This document shows, one piece after another, positions 48,122 through 62,067 of a stretch of DNA of 64,000 bases. The position numbers and the translations under genes are program-made. A model generated the notes under the pieces. The model did no database searches. It saw only the letters and a program-made list of their open reading frames with translations, and was not told the DNA's origin. The stretch lies in assembly GCF_032062105.1 (NCBI RefSeq), contig NW_026940531.1, forward strand, positions 1-64,000, read 5' to 3'. Numbering within the stretch: position 1 is the stretch's first letter; each line of letters starts with the position of its first letter. The DNA comes from Saccostrea cucullata (Eukaryota).

Positions 48122-51100
48122 TTTTTAAGAGAGACGCAAGTTACATGCAATTTGTAAACCATTTTCACACAAGACTTACCTTGAACATGTGTCACACATT
48201 TCCTAAAATTACATGTACCATATAAATGTATACAACATTCACTGGCATAGCTTTTGTGCAATAATCCAAATTACATTCCTAACCATTGTGGTATTTCATA
48301 AAATTTTATAGAACTTCTTTTTTTTTATTATGTTTATCGAGGACTGTTTGAACATTGGTAATGTATTTAACCTGCAATTAAAATTATAAAAGCAACCCTT
48401 TAAGCCATTTCAAGTTTTTCTGTTATGCCACCACATGCATCTTAATTTTTCATAGCTCGTATCAGAAATTACAAAGTCAGGATTCTTAAAATTTGCTATA
48501 TTGGTCAAAACCTTTTAATTCAGCCATTTCCTCTATTAAGGTATTTGATGTATAACGACCATATTTTGTACCTAATAAATGACTGGCCCGATATTCCTAA
48601 CCATGGTAGCATTTTGAAGATGTTATCAAATAAAAATGCTCCACCAAAAGAATTTACAAAATTTTCATTATTCTCCAATTAATTGCACCTTGAATTTTGC
48701 ATTGAAGTCTATGGGCAGCGCAGGTTTTTATAAGATATTGTAAAAAGTAATTTGAATTTCAAAAAAATCTCTTGGTGAAAATATGCATTTACTCTTTCTT
48801 TATTTAAATATCAAATAAAATGAATTATTTACTGCACAAATTTTGAGAAATCTTGAACTTTCTTCTTTTGCCCAAGGGCAGATAACTCTTTAAAAACTTT
48901 TAATGTGCAAAATGACAGTCTCCTTACATGTCATCAGTTTTGTGAATTTGGTTTATATCACTTTTATTGTTATCTAGCAATGCGTCTTTAACTAGTTTAA
49001 AATTATTTAAAATCGTTCAAAACCCCTTCGTTATACATCGAATACCTTAAATATTCCTCTAAGATGTGTTATAATTTGGTAGCATTTAAAACCTTGAAAT
49101 TTCTTTTGAAATAAAATCAATTCCTTTGAATTACATCACTTTTATCATCATTGTGTCAACAAAAACTTTGCCTACAACCTTTTAGTGGCTCCTCACCCAC
49201 TATGGCTTTCACATTTGACAGGTGTATTTCTTGTGACAAGACCTTTCTTTGTGCACCACCAAATTTGACCTCTTGACCTTGGAGTTTGACCTACTTTTTA
49301 CTAAAAAAAAATACCACACTTTAATCTTGGTCTTGACTTTTGAACATATGGAGCTAGAATAAAGAGTGTGCTAAAATTTACATGTCCCATATGGGTAACA
49401 ATTAAAGCTAAAGAAACATATAAGGAACTTGTTAAATGCTAAGAAAACCATTTTATGAATACTTGAACTTTGTCAAAAATGATCACCTCTTTTAGGTCAA
49501 GAATGGTTGAAACAATATGTAGGCCTTAAATGAACACTAAATTTTGGATTAAATTATATACCGCCAAGATTAAATATGGGTCAGACTAATAACAGGAAAT
49601 GGACAATACTGCAAGCTAGTGCAAGGTTTTGCTATACAAAAGAAAAAAATTGTAGTTTAGAAAATATGTAAATGTAATCAGAGCGAGCGCAGCAAAGGTC
49701 GCAAAGTAACGCGAAGTGAGCTCAATAAACTTACATGTAAGAACAGAGGAAATTCGGAATGAAATCTGTACATATGTCATGCAAAATTTGTTGTGACACC
49801 TTCCCAGAATTCCTTTGCAACCCAATACCCTTTACGCAAATAAATAATAACATAAGGCATAAAAGACTTTCAGTATGTAGAAATCTTAAAAATAAACAAA
49901 AAATAATAACTCTGCAACTTCTTTTGACAAAAATTGCACTAAATCTATTAGTCTCAACTAGATGCTTGTCTGTTTCCGTTAACCCTGACTATCTCTCGTA
50001 TGAAGTAATAATCTAGATGTTTCATGCGACTTGACGTTTGAAGTGGCAGATCAACATTTCAGGTGTATTTTTTAAGGTACAAGTGCGCTCGCCCAAACGG
50101 TCACATCGTAAAATATATTAATGAAAAATACAAGTCTTAATTCTTGATAACTACTTTTTAACCTTGTAATCACAAAAAATAAATACATGTTGTCATTCTA
50201 ATGAAAGGTGGGACTAATATCAGTAATATACCCGTTGAATGCAATTTTTTAAAAATATTAATTCCGATTGTTTCAATATATCAATAATCATGAAATATTG
50301 TTTAAAGTTAACAAAATATTATTTCCAACTTTCAGTTATTTTCATAAAAAAATGCCCATAAAACAACAATGAACTGCATGTAGATCTGTAGTCTTTTTAT
50401 TATACTGTTGTCTTTTTTTTTTTTACCATTTTACACACTCTTCTAAGCTTTATTTTAACCAATTGTCAGGAACCTGTGCAGATGATATATTCCTTGTCTC
50501 CGCAATTGACACAAAATCACAATCAAGAGTTTCCTTTCTGCAAACTTCAATAAACACTTGTACTGATACTTTTACTAACAATAAGTTATCCTTTATAAAC
50601 ATCTACTGATGAGTCATGACAGGTGTACCTATACGCAAGAGTTGTCCCTGTTAGTGTAGACGACTTTTACATTTACAAAAGTTATTCCCCTTTGTGGGGA
50701 CTATCCAGGGTCAAAAAGCTTAAGGCACTGTTTTCCCTCTATAACATTACCATCTTTATAATTCAGTATCTTAGTAATAAAATCTGTATGAATAGGTTCA
50801 TAATTTACATGTTACCTCATACTCTGGCAATACAGGTACAGATCAAAATTGTCTGAAAACATTTGGAGACAGTGGGAAATAGATCGTTACGCCGACAACG
50901 GGGGAAACTCTTAGAAATGTAAAAAAAAAAATGTAAAATTCGTCTATTTATGTTATGCAATGACAAACTATTACGCTTCGTTCTACTATGTAAATTTTAA
51001 AAAGAGATAATCTTCTCAATCTTCTTTAACACTAGTAAAATGTAGCAGTATCTAAATGGACTTGTTTTTCTCCGAGAGACTTCAACTGCGCAGTATGATC

Positions 51101-51816
51101 GCTGTGTGCCCATTGCATAATAACAAATTAATGCTGCATGAACAAATATACGCAAGTTTGTAATTATTCAGCAAAATCCTTTACTCTTCAAACCTTACAG
51201 AATAAAAACAACAATCGGCAATGAATACTTTTGTTCCAGATCCGTGTAAACACTAAATTTCACTTTACTTCAGTCAGTTCTTTGTCCACACATCAAAAAT
51301 GGCTGACGTGCCTCGTTTTCATTTATTTGGTACACCGCGCCCGATCGAAAAAAAAATAAAGGTAAACCTAATCTGTTGATACATGTATCTTTTCGTACGG
51401 CCACAAACTAGACAAAATTGAATGTGCACTACATAAGGTTACTTGCACATTAATGTAATTACTCACAGTTCTGTTGCCTATGGGATCTGGGGAAGAAGAT
51501 TTTTAAATTTTAAAGGTTTTCTGATGTATTCTTATGTAAAATTTACTCATCCATTACGGCCCCACCCTTGCCCCAGAGGTCTTGATTTTAACAAATTTGA
51601 AGCTGCATCACCTGAGGGTACTTCACTATGAGTTTCATCTTTCTTGACCACTTGGTTCTTGATAAGAAGATTTTTAAAATACATCATTACTTTTTCACTA
51701 ATTCCTAATTATCTCCCCTTGAAAGAGGGCATGGCCCTTCATTTGAACAAACCTGAATCCCCTTTACCTAAGGATACTTTATGGCAAGTTTGGTTGAAAT
51801 TGGCCTAGTGGTTCTT

Positions 51817-51852
<36 letters not shown>

Positions 51853-51881
51853 GACGACAACGACAACGACAGACAACGGAC

Positions 51882-51913
<32 letters not shown>

Positions 51914-53130
51914 TGGCTCAGGTGAGCTAATAAAAAAACGGGTATTAAGTGACTCCGACCCTTAGCAAGGAATGGCAACTCTTTAATTTATACTTTTATT
52001 CAAGAAGTCTTTAAATGAATCTTGAAAATAAAATATTTTCATGCAACAATTTTCATTATTTGTCTCTCAATTTGCTTTAAGGTTCTTTGGAAAGCTCCAT
52101 AAATCATCTCTAATTTCATATAATGTCAATAAACATTGGAATCTAAAAATGCTTTTACGGGATAAAAATTTTCTAGTTTTAATTAGACCTTTCTGAGAAG
52201 TTCAAAGAAGCACATTGAGATGCGTATGTAAGCATGTGCTTACGCCCAATTTGATACCTAATTTTTCGTTCGGATTCAACAATGAAATTTAATAATTTTT
52301 GGTTGGTATTATCAATATAATTGAGATTTTTGTGGTTGGTATTATCAGCATAATTGAGCAAAGCTTTTATATCAGTTTTTGTCATTTGTTCCTGCCAAGT
52401 GGCTGGTGTAGGGAGTATGTCTGACAAGCCTTGATTTACCTGGTGGAGGGAGTATGCCTGACAAGCCTTGATTTGGTCATCAGTAAGGATGGCTGTTGTT
52501 TCTAAATCCTTGTAAATAGCAGCAGTTGGTGTGCTGACTTCAGCGAGGGAAAAACTTTCACTGAAGTTGGTATTAAATTCTTTGAGACTCTTCTTTATTC
52601 TCTCACTGTTTGAAGACAACTGCTTCGAAATTCTTTTTGTCATTTCTTGTCCATCTGTACAAATTATATAAGAACATTAGAAAATTCGAAGTTGCATTTA
52701 TGCTCAACTGCGTACAGAAAAACTTGGTTATAATGAAGTCACTGGGATCTAGTACGAAATAACCTTGATATCCTTTATTTAACAAAACAACTTTGTTTCA
52801 GACTTTTCATATGTTTTGTTTCGTCAGAATGAGTTTACGTTGTAAATTAAACATGATTAATATAAGTGCTCATAACTAAACATTCCAAAAAATGTACAAC
52901 CCCCACATTTTTACACATGAATTGACTGATTTTAAAAATTAAAGCGACTAGTTTTCATTTTCATGTAGATACCACTCAAAAAGTTCTAAGAACGTGTTGA
53001 AAACTTGTCATCACTAAAATTGATGGCATAATATGTGAGGAATTCAGGGAATCTCCCAACTAGAAGTATACGTACATGTATGAAATCTCAACTTCTCTAA
53101 TTATGAAACAAAAAAGGAAAATCATATTAT

Positions 53131-54388
53131 AACTAGAGAACTGACCAGTCAGGAAGGGCCCCGCCATGGGGTAGAATTAAAAGGGTGCAGCTTACAGAAT
53201 GATTAATAAATGTACAAAGAAAAAGCAACAGCAACTGTATTCTTAAAATTTCAACATAATTCCTGAAAATAATCTTATTGTATTTACATTAGGCAGTAAA
53301 GAACAACTTAACATTGAATTTATATTTAAACAATTATGAATCTTGTGTTATATAAAATACCAGCCTTCAATATCATGAAGGCTTGACCTTAACTTCAAAC
53401 AAACAGCAGTTGCAGACAAAGGTTTTCATTAATCTTAAAGTGACAGATAAAGAGAAGCCTACTAAATTTTCTGCAGCAGGCTAGATAATTAAACCCAAGG
53501 GATTAATTGTACCTCTCTCATCATTTTCTTCTAAAATTACAATAAGAACGTTTTCAGTATTAATGATAGAATGGGGTTTTTATACAACTACATTAAAAAC
53601 ATTCTTGAATTAATATATTTAAAAAAAAAAGGAAAAAAAGTGAAAAAAAAAGTACCCTGGTAAATTAAAAAATCTTCTTTAATCTATTTCTTTTTTTGGG
53701 GTTCAATGAAATCATAACTATCAAACAAAAACAAATAATAAAAAATTATATTTAAATCCACAATTCAGAGTGTTCATAGCATTCCAAATTGATTTAACTT
53801 CAAAACAAACTTCATTTGCAGACAGAGGTGGTAATTAATCTCAATGTGACGGATAAAGATAATGCTCTGGATTTTCTTCAGGAGGAAAGCTAATTAATCC
53901 CACGGGACTCCTAGTTGCATCCAGTTTACTGAATGGGAACATCTTCAGCAGTTATCTCTCTTTGCCAATGCATTCTTATATAAGTTAAGGAATCTACCCC
54001 ACCACCCCAGCTCCAAACCAAGGGACATTGAGGACCAAACTTAGCATCAAAATATGTATTTTTGCCTACTGAACTACCGTACCAAATTTGATCTTAATTG
54101 GGCAACCATAAAAAATGTTGCCTGTTCATTCTTATGCATAGTTAAGGAATCTACCCCACCACCCCAGCTCCAAACTAGAAGATGTAGAGAATCAAACTTA
54201 GCATAAAAATTTGTATTTCTGCCTATTAAACTACCATACAAAATTTAAACTTGATTGGGCAACCATAAAAAAAGTTATTAGAAAAAAAACAGAAAATTTG
54301 TGGACGGAAGAGTGACAGACAGACGGACGGACGGACAGACAGAGTGATTACTATAGGGCACCCGCAAATCCTTGCGGGGCCCTAATAA
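53131..54388 (-). mobile_element. HINE (mirror of 25190-26452)
   Basis: Reverse complement copy in arm B. Confidence 0.75.
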
Positions 54389-55329
54389 CAGTTTAGATAG
54401 TTGGGAGTCAAAAACGCAATTTTACATATACATAAACTTTGAGATATTGAGGCTAGAGATCATGATGTTCAACTGTATTCAGCAATAAATAAAAGAATTT
54501 AAAGAAACATATTTTTACCAAAATATTTCTTTAGTAAGGACAGAATGTACTGCCTTTCATTGGCAAACATTTGCAGTTTTTTTTAAGATGTCCATGCCTT
54601 AACTTATGTTTGGCAGACTCAGAAAGTTCTTCCATTCCGGCAACCAAACTTTGAACATCTAATTGCAAATTTTTTTTTCATTTCACTTCTGGGTTCTGAA
54701 GAAGAATAAATTAAACAAGTCTAAAAATCAGTAGAGTTTTACAATCTTATCAACAAGCTGTTTATACTGCTTTTTATGTGTTTCTTTACTAGCCCCTTTT
54801 TTTGAAATGCACACCATCTTCATTAATGTTGATATAGTTATGTTGAAAAAAAAAAACAATCCAAATGCAAAATAAAGCTTAATAGGAAGCTATCAGCTTA
54901 GTTTCTCAAATTTAACTTTTTATCTCTAATTGACACAAGTGCAATCAAACTTTGAAATATATTCAAATAAAAAAAAAGAAACTTGAAGTTCGACCATAAA
55001 TAACTGATCCACACTTTCGAACTTCTCTAAGTTGTCCATGTTCTCAAGGTTTTTCAAAGTAAAACCTTTTCCAAGGTCTATTTCTGGTTATTTTCTCCAA
55101 CTGGGAAAGGGACATCGACTTTTGTTTGGATGTTTTGCAACAGTTCAGTGTTAAAACGTACCTGTCCTTTAATTTCTTCCAAGAAACATGAGATATAGAC
55201 CTCATAATTATCAGTGTGATATTTAAGTACTGATGGCACTTTGATTGTTTTTAACGAACCTAGGACCACCTACTAACTTTTCTTTTATATCATTTGTTAG
55301 GTTAAAAAACCAAACTGAATACGAAATAG

Positions 55330-55822
55330 TCCCTTACTTATGCAGCAATATACCTTCATCACCTGCATACGGAGTATTTATATCTCAGTTGATTCGATAT
55401 GCAAGAGCATGCTCTGCGTATGAACAGTTTCTTAAACGAGGTAAATTATTGACAAACAAGTTGATGAAACAAGAATATCAACAGTCTCGTTTAAAGTCAT
55501 CATTTCGTAAATTCTATGGTCGATACAATGACCTTGTCAGCAAATACAATTTATCATTAAATGAAATGCTGAATGACGTTTTTCATACCAATTGTTAGTC
55601 CATTATTTATACACTGAATTGACCACGGATTTTTTCCGTTATATCCTGATTATGACAACGAGCACACGGCGGGTGTGACCGGTCGGCAGGGGATGCTCAC
55701 TCCTCCATGGCACCTGATCCCACCTCTGATGTTTCGGAGGTCCGTGTTTGTTCTGCACTTATTTTGTATATTTGTTTAATGGACGTTGAGATTGAATACT
55801 GTTCGTTATTTCCATATCCTTC
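55330..55822 (+). mobile_element. Naiad-type PLE 3' fragment (mirror of 23754-24246)
   Basis: PYLCSNIPSSPAYGVFISQLIRYARAC and the shared 3' UTR. Confidence 0.8.
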
Positions 55823-57607
55823 TTCAGAAAGCAATTCATTAAAAAATTTTTGAACTCCTTCTTTGAAAGTGTCTTGGACAATAAGGCACCAAGGAACTTG
55901 TAGATGGTGCCCTCCTCTCTCAGTCCAAGCAGCTGGGCAAAGAGCATTCTGTTGACTTTGCTGTTGGTCTGTTGCTTCAGCCCCCACTCTCCATACAAAT
56001 TCATGATCTCCTCCACCAGGGCATAACACACTCACTTCATGAAATATGCCTACGTGACAAGTCTGCGTGATTCACACACCAATAACTCACACAAAACTGA
56101 AAAACATTCCTTAAATAAAGCAAACATTATTATTTCAGAAATAAAAGCTTATGTGCAGACAAGTGAAAGATCACATGAATATTTTTTATGCGCCAGAATC
56201 CATTGATAGGGCATATATTGTTTTTGTCCTGCCTGTCTGTTTATCTGTTTGTCTCTCTATTGTCAACTTTAACCTTCACCATAACTTTTGAACTGAGAGA
56301 GTAAAAGACTTCATATTTGGTATGCATACTCCACATATTAAGCTTGTTCATATGGTACCAAGTGCAATGACCTTTCCTGTGACCTTATGCTAAAAATAGC
56401 TTTTTTGAACTATGGTCATATTTTTTTAACCATAGGAGATAGAGACTTCACATTTGGTATGCATACTCAACTAATTAAGTTCTTTCAAATGACACCTAGA
56501 TCAATGATCTTGACTGTGACCTATATGCTAAAAAAGGTTTTAGCTTTGATTAATTATTCTCCCTCCAGGGGTCAAGATTTGAACAAACTTGATTTTAAAC
56601 ACATGATGCTGCTTCCACATAAATATGATCTATCATAACTTTCCTGTTTTCATAATGTATGTTTATAAAGATTTTTTTCCTATATATTCTTGTCTACAAC
56701 TTTGTTGGGGTCCAACCCTACCCTTGGGGGTCATGATTTGAAGAAATCTGATTGTACACTAACTGAGGATGCTTCCGCGTAAGTTTTATCTCTCTTGGCC
56801 CATTGGTTCTTCAGATTTTTTTTCAAATAGTGTGATTAATTTTACACTTATTATTTATCATCTCTCCCTTGAAAGAGTCGTGGGCCTTTATTTTCACAAT
56901 CTTGAATCCCTTCAACCAAAGATACTTTTAATAATATTATACGAAGTGCAACATACCTCAAAGTTCAGTTCTTTTTCTGCATGTCGATCTTTGCCGTTCA
57001 TTGATGCTTTGGTCCAACATTTCGGTCACTCCAACTTGAGCTATATCAGGTTGAAGCTGTCGCTGTATCCTAACATTGTATAAAACTGAGAATTTTTAAA
57101 TGAATACATAATTAAAAAAAACTGGTAATATATTGAAAAATAAAGTCTTTTGCATTATATTGATTTTAATTCAAAAGAATCATGATAAGGGTATTTATAA
57201 TCATATAAAAATATTTTCGCATTTATCACAGTATAGCTTATGTCAAAGGGGATCACGAATACCCCGCTTCTGTCTAAGTCGATCGCCGGTCCCGGCCGTT
57301 TTCTCTACATATATATTTCAAAAAACTATACTGATATCTCGAACACGGTAATCTCGATTACCCTACTTATGTCGCAGTATATTCAAAGTCCCAAGCCCTT
57401 TTTTACCTGGCTTTTCTCGAAGTGCAGTGATTTTTTCGTTCTTTTGAACACACCTGGCGTCATGACTTCACACATTATCGCCATTGGCTATTAATTAACA
57501 CCTTAAAACCTGGGGAAACTTAATTAACCGCAAGCTCAAGTTGGGTATCTCTGACAGGTTTATTGGTATGACAGCTTGGGTGTTTGGCTTACCAGTTTAT
57601 AAATGTC

Positions 57608-58777
57608 CACACTTCATTTCACTATGCACCTTTAAATATAAACACAATTAACACCTTAATATGCACTGTAGCGCATCGAGCAGGTTGGCGCCAGGTTTAT
57701 TGTATTGAATATATTCAAACATACAAACAAAGCAGTTCTGATATAACATTTTGCCAACAAACAAACAGGTAAAAACATATACACACATCGACATTTATAT
57801 TGATGCAATAGAATCTAAGCCTTAGAGCCTCCTCTGCCGCCCAGGAAAAACCATAGATAAAAAATATTTTGAAAAAATTATGGAAACCTGTGTATCCGCG
57901 GCAAATGCAGAGTAAGCGAAAAAATTGAGTGGCGGACCCTCACTCATCTTTAAAACATCCAAAAAGCTTATTCTTAATTTGAAAAAAAATTATAAATTCA
58001 ACTATTGTATTTAAAAAACAAAATTTAAAACACGACGTGCTCGGGAAAGCGTGCGCTAGAAAGTGAACCCTTACTAACCACCCGTATATTCAATCGAACA
58101 CGTTTTTCTCAATACTAACATTTCATTGGCTGAAACCTACATAGCAATTTTACCTTAGTAACACCACACTTTCGTATTCGTTTACATGTCGTCAGGACAA
58201 TTATTTTTCGCTATACTTCGTAACGCGAAAAAATGTAAGTCAACACTTCATTTCACTATGCACCTTTATATATAAACACAATTAACACCTTAATGTGCAT
58301 TGTAGCGCACCGAGCAGGTTGACAATAGACATAACCAAAGAAAGGGAGAGAAAGGGACTAGAAAAATATATATATATATATAAATAACTTACAACAACAA
58401 TTGTTTCGTTACATGTAATCTTTTTTCTAAAGAGTCTTTGACATAAACATTTTACTAGACATCGATTTCCAACGCCTGTGCCTTTGTAAAAACCTTTCAT
58501 TAACACCAACATTTGCAGCCGCAGTTGCACCCCCTGATCTGAGAGAATGGAGACCAATATTTTATAAAAGTATCAATATATTGCTTTGCTGCAGTATAAA
58601 TAAGCTTCTTGTTTTTAAATATCAATTTTGAAAAACCATTACTTCTGAAAGCGGGATTAAAAAGAAAATGATCAGAACATAAATCAATTTCAGCCTCTTT
58701 TGTATAACGCAGAAACATAGCATATGGACAAGCACTTGTGATACCTTTTGCAATAAGTACTTCATTTCCATCTCTAT
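57608..58777 (-). mobile_element. Ngaro/DIRS-like 3' end (mirror copy)
   Basis: Reverse complement of 20702-21869, with repeats at ~58243-58321 and ~57608-57687. Confidence 0.7.
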
Positions 58778-60007
58778 GAAGGATATGGAAATAACGAACA
58801 GTATTCACTCTCAACGTCCATTAAACAAATATACAAAATAAGAGCAGAGCAAACACGGACCTCCGAAACATCAGAGGTGGGATCAGGTGCTATAGAGGAG
58901 TGAGCATCCCCTGCCGACCGGTCACACCCGCCGTGTGCTCGTTGTCATAATCAGGAAATAACGGAAAAAAATCCGTGGTCAATTCAGTGTATAAATAATG
59001 GACAAACAATTGGTATGAAAAACGTCAGTCAGCATTTCATTCAATGATAAACTGTATTTGTTGAAAAGGTCATTGTATCGACCATAGAATTTACAAAATG
59101 ATGACTTTAAACGAGACTGTTGATATTCTTGTTTCATCAACTTGCTTGTCAATAATTTACCTCGTTTAAGAAATTGTTCATACGTAGAGCATGCTCTAGC
59201 GTATCGAATCAACTGAGATATAAATACTCTGTATGCAGATGATGAAGGTATATTGCTGCATAAGTAAGGGAAGTTGACGATAGAAAAGTTAAAGTCATCA
59301 CGTTTATCATATAGCTTGGTTGTTAGCCACATAGATATTGTCAATCAGAAACTCAAGCATCTTCTTGATGTCAACTTCAGAGTAATTATGTTTGCAATCA
59401 GAATCTGTTTTAACAAATTAATTTTTCAAATGACCAATGACGAGGTAAGTAAACTTACGAGTTCCATTTTTGTTGAAGAAGCAGCTGTCAATGATATCAA
59501 AAAGCCTGGATTTTAATTTGTCGTGCGGAATTGTTGTGTATAAAGTTGAAAAGTCGTAAGTTTTTATGCTGTTGATTTTTGTAAAGTCTTGTGATTTCAA
59601 ATTGTCCAAAAGTTCTTTAGAATTTTTAAGTATCCACATCTGATTGACACCACTTCTTGAATATATAGTTGTACAGTACTATTGAAGTTTTTCCTTCACT
59701 ACTGTCAATATTTTAGTGAGAAGTAACGAAAGAGGCTTGGTTGAACATTTACTGGAACCTGCAATGTATCTTTGTTTGTAAGGATTCTTATGAAGTTTCG
59801 GAATCCAATATATATAAGGTAGTTCAAATTCATTTTGGCTCTGTGGAATATTAAAAGTATTCAAAACTGACAGGTGATTTTGAAGAATTTCTTCCTTAGA
59901 AAGAGTAGTATATGTATAAGTAGGATTACCACTTGTAGAATTAAATCCAAGTTCTTCTAAAATGCAATTTATATAATGAGCCTTACAAACGAAGACAATG
60001 TTGTTCG
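58778..60007 (-). mobile_element. Naiad-type PLE, 5'-truncated and internally deleted, lying between the two parts of the YR element
   Basis: NNIVFVCK, LPYIYWIPKLHKNPYKQRYIAGS, MWILKNS and TYDFSTLYTTIPH. MLEFLIDNIYV jumps directly to LTTKLYDKRDDF, so the catalytic YxDD region is deleted. Confidence 0.85.
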
Positions 60008-60177
60008 TTTTTGCATGTTTCAATAAAAAGTTTTAAATAATTTTCTTCAACAATGATATTATTGCATTTCAGAGAACTCAGTTCATCAAATCTCAAAAAA
60101 AAAAACATGCAGCAAAAGCTATAAAAATCATAGATAAATTTCTCAATAAAAGGACATCTGTACTGTCAGTATACAAA

Positions 60178-61865
60178 TCACACAAATCGTAACATCTGAC
60201 GGTCTACTGGATCTTTCCTGTGCACTGGCCTACCAGTTAAACGCTTTGCTGATTCTTGTAACGATTTCACAAAAGAATTTTTTTCGGTAGGATCTGGATA
60301 ACCACTAATTTCATGCATCCATTTAATCGAATAAATAGCACTATTCACTGTAGAATATGACGCACCAGAATCTAGCAAATAAGTAATATACAAAGCAACA
60401 TGTATCGGCTGCGCTGGAATTTCACTTTGCTCATGTTCGTTTATGAACTTCTTCCATCGTTGAAAACTATGTTTATAGGCCTTGTTGGTGCTGTCACTCT
60501 TCGATGATAAGAGATATCCACACATATGCTCACTAAAAGATCCCAACTTGCTGCTCAACGAAATGCCACTATCAGTAACTGCTTTGTTTACCAATGACTG
60601 CACTTCTAATCCTGGAAAAAACACTTAGTGCCATTAGAATATATTCGTAATCTTGCACACTAATTGTCTATTTTAAAAATTCCTCAATACCAACATCTTA
60701 AATTTCAATGGAAATTTTGGAAATACTGATTTTTTACTTTTGCCATGCGTTATTAATTTTTCATCAGGTAAATAGTCATTAAATTTTACAAAATGTTTGA
60801 AAAAGTTTCCCTCAAATATCAAAGGCCAAAATGGAGATGATTTCCATTCTGGAATAATTAACGTACCTGAAGCCTTCTCCGCTACCATTTTGTTAATAAC
60901 TCTAGGTATAAAAATGGGCGGGGGAACTAACTAATTATTTTCACCTACCCATTCCTGTGTAAAAGCATCAATTGCCTCTGTACCAGGAAACCAATATTTT
61001 GAATTAAATCTTTCACATTTTTTTTAAATGAGTTGAAAATCTATCAACAGTATGAACTCCCCACAATTTCTCATAAATGTCAAATACCTCATCCCTTACT
61101 GACCAATCGTCCATGTCAGTTACTCTGCTCAAAAAAAATGCCCTTTTCTTTTCATTTTTCCAGGCTGTTTTCACAGCAAGTGTCAGATATTTGATTTGCA
61201 ATAATTTGTAAATATGGCTTTTTCTCCCAACTTGCATAATTTTTGAAACGTTTTAACAGTCCGAAATTACTTTTAACTTTGAATTTTCAATGATATTGAC
61301 TTTACTTTTCATAACCCTTTTAACAGTTTCAAGTTCTCTCCATGTTGAGCTCTGTATTGCTTCTTCTTCTGTCCAATTTCCAACTACACTACCCATACAG
61401 ACATTTTCATCTCTTTCATTCAAACTTTCAAAATAACCACCAAAGCCTACATCTGAGGCATCACAATATAAATACAAATGGCATACATCCAATGCGCTTA
61501 CCAAATGAATTGAACAACCATTTTCATTCAATGTTGACACATTTCTCCGCCAAAATTCAATTTCTTTCAAAGCTTCCGCACTTATTTTTACCCGAGCTTC
61601 CCAGCTAGCTTTGCTTGATATGCAGTAATATAAATATCTTCTTTTCATTCTAACTATACCACCGAAAACCACTTTTATGTATATTACTTGACCAACAATT
61701 TTAGCCAAAAATTTTACATGAAAATAAGTACATTTTTCTGTACCTCGCAATGTAAAGCGTCTAAGCAAGAATTTAAACGTTGAATTGTATCACCACTGAT
61801 GTAAACTTGACCTTTTTCTGTATTCCACTGCAAACCTAACCCTAAACAATTTTGACTTGGAACCC
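60178..61865 (-). mobile_element. Ngaro/DIRS-like internal region: RT end, RNase H, Dam-like methyltransferase and YR N-terminus (decayed)
   Basis: YCDASDVGFGG and SSTWRELE (RNase H); DDWSV...WGVHTVDRF, GTEAIDAF and GTLIIPEWKSSPFWP (MT); SDSTNKAY...FQRWKKF (YR core-binding domain). Confidence 0.8.
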
Positions 61866-62067
61866 TGTTACATATAGGTATATGAAATATATATATTAAT
61901 TTAGTAGAGTTTTATGTATAGAGTTGTACATATTTTTAGTATAAAAATCAAATGTAAGTTTTAAAAAATTAAAGAGGGAGGAAACCTAGTTCCCCTTCCG
62001 GGTATATGGGTTTGACTTTGTGAATGCTTTCCCCGCCACCCCAAGACCTGCACTTTTGACAGCAAAG

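Larger units (their letters stand above)
36787..51930 (-). mobile_element. Autonomous-type Helentron (Helitron2 group), ~15.1 kb
   Basis: 5' end ttagctcacctgagccaaaggctcaagtgagc with a microsatellite; 3' end ctcaggtgagcgatgtggcccctgggcctcttgtt. Inserted in an A/T run without a TSD. The empty site is present in the mirror arm at ~27648. Confidence 0.92.
34419..59360 (-). repeat. Giant inverted repeat 2, right arm (B), interrupted by the Helentron at 36787-51930
   Basis: Starts aaatgtcgaaattaggtcatcgtgacc (rc of ~30130-30157). Ends tcaatcagaaactcaagcat (rc of 20119 onward). Confidence 0.93.

Noticed and set aside
957-59360. Whole structure as a single fold-back read artefact
   Set aside because: The arms differ by structured events (15-kb insertion, 78-bp insertion with duplication, 27-bp triplication, monomer count). 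A haplotype mis-join is not excluded and needs read evidence.
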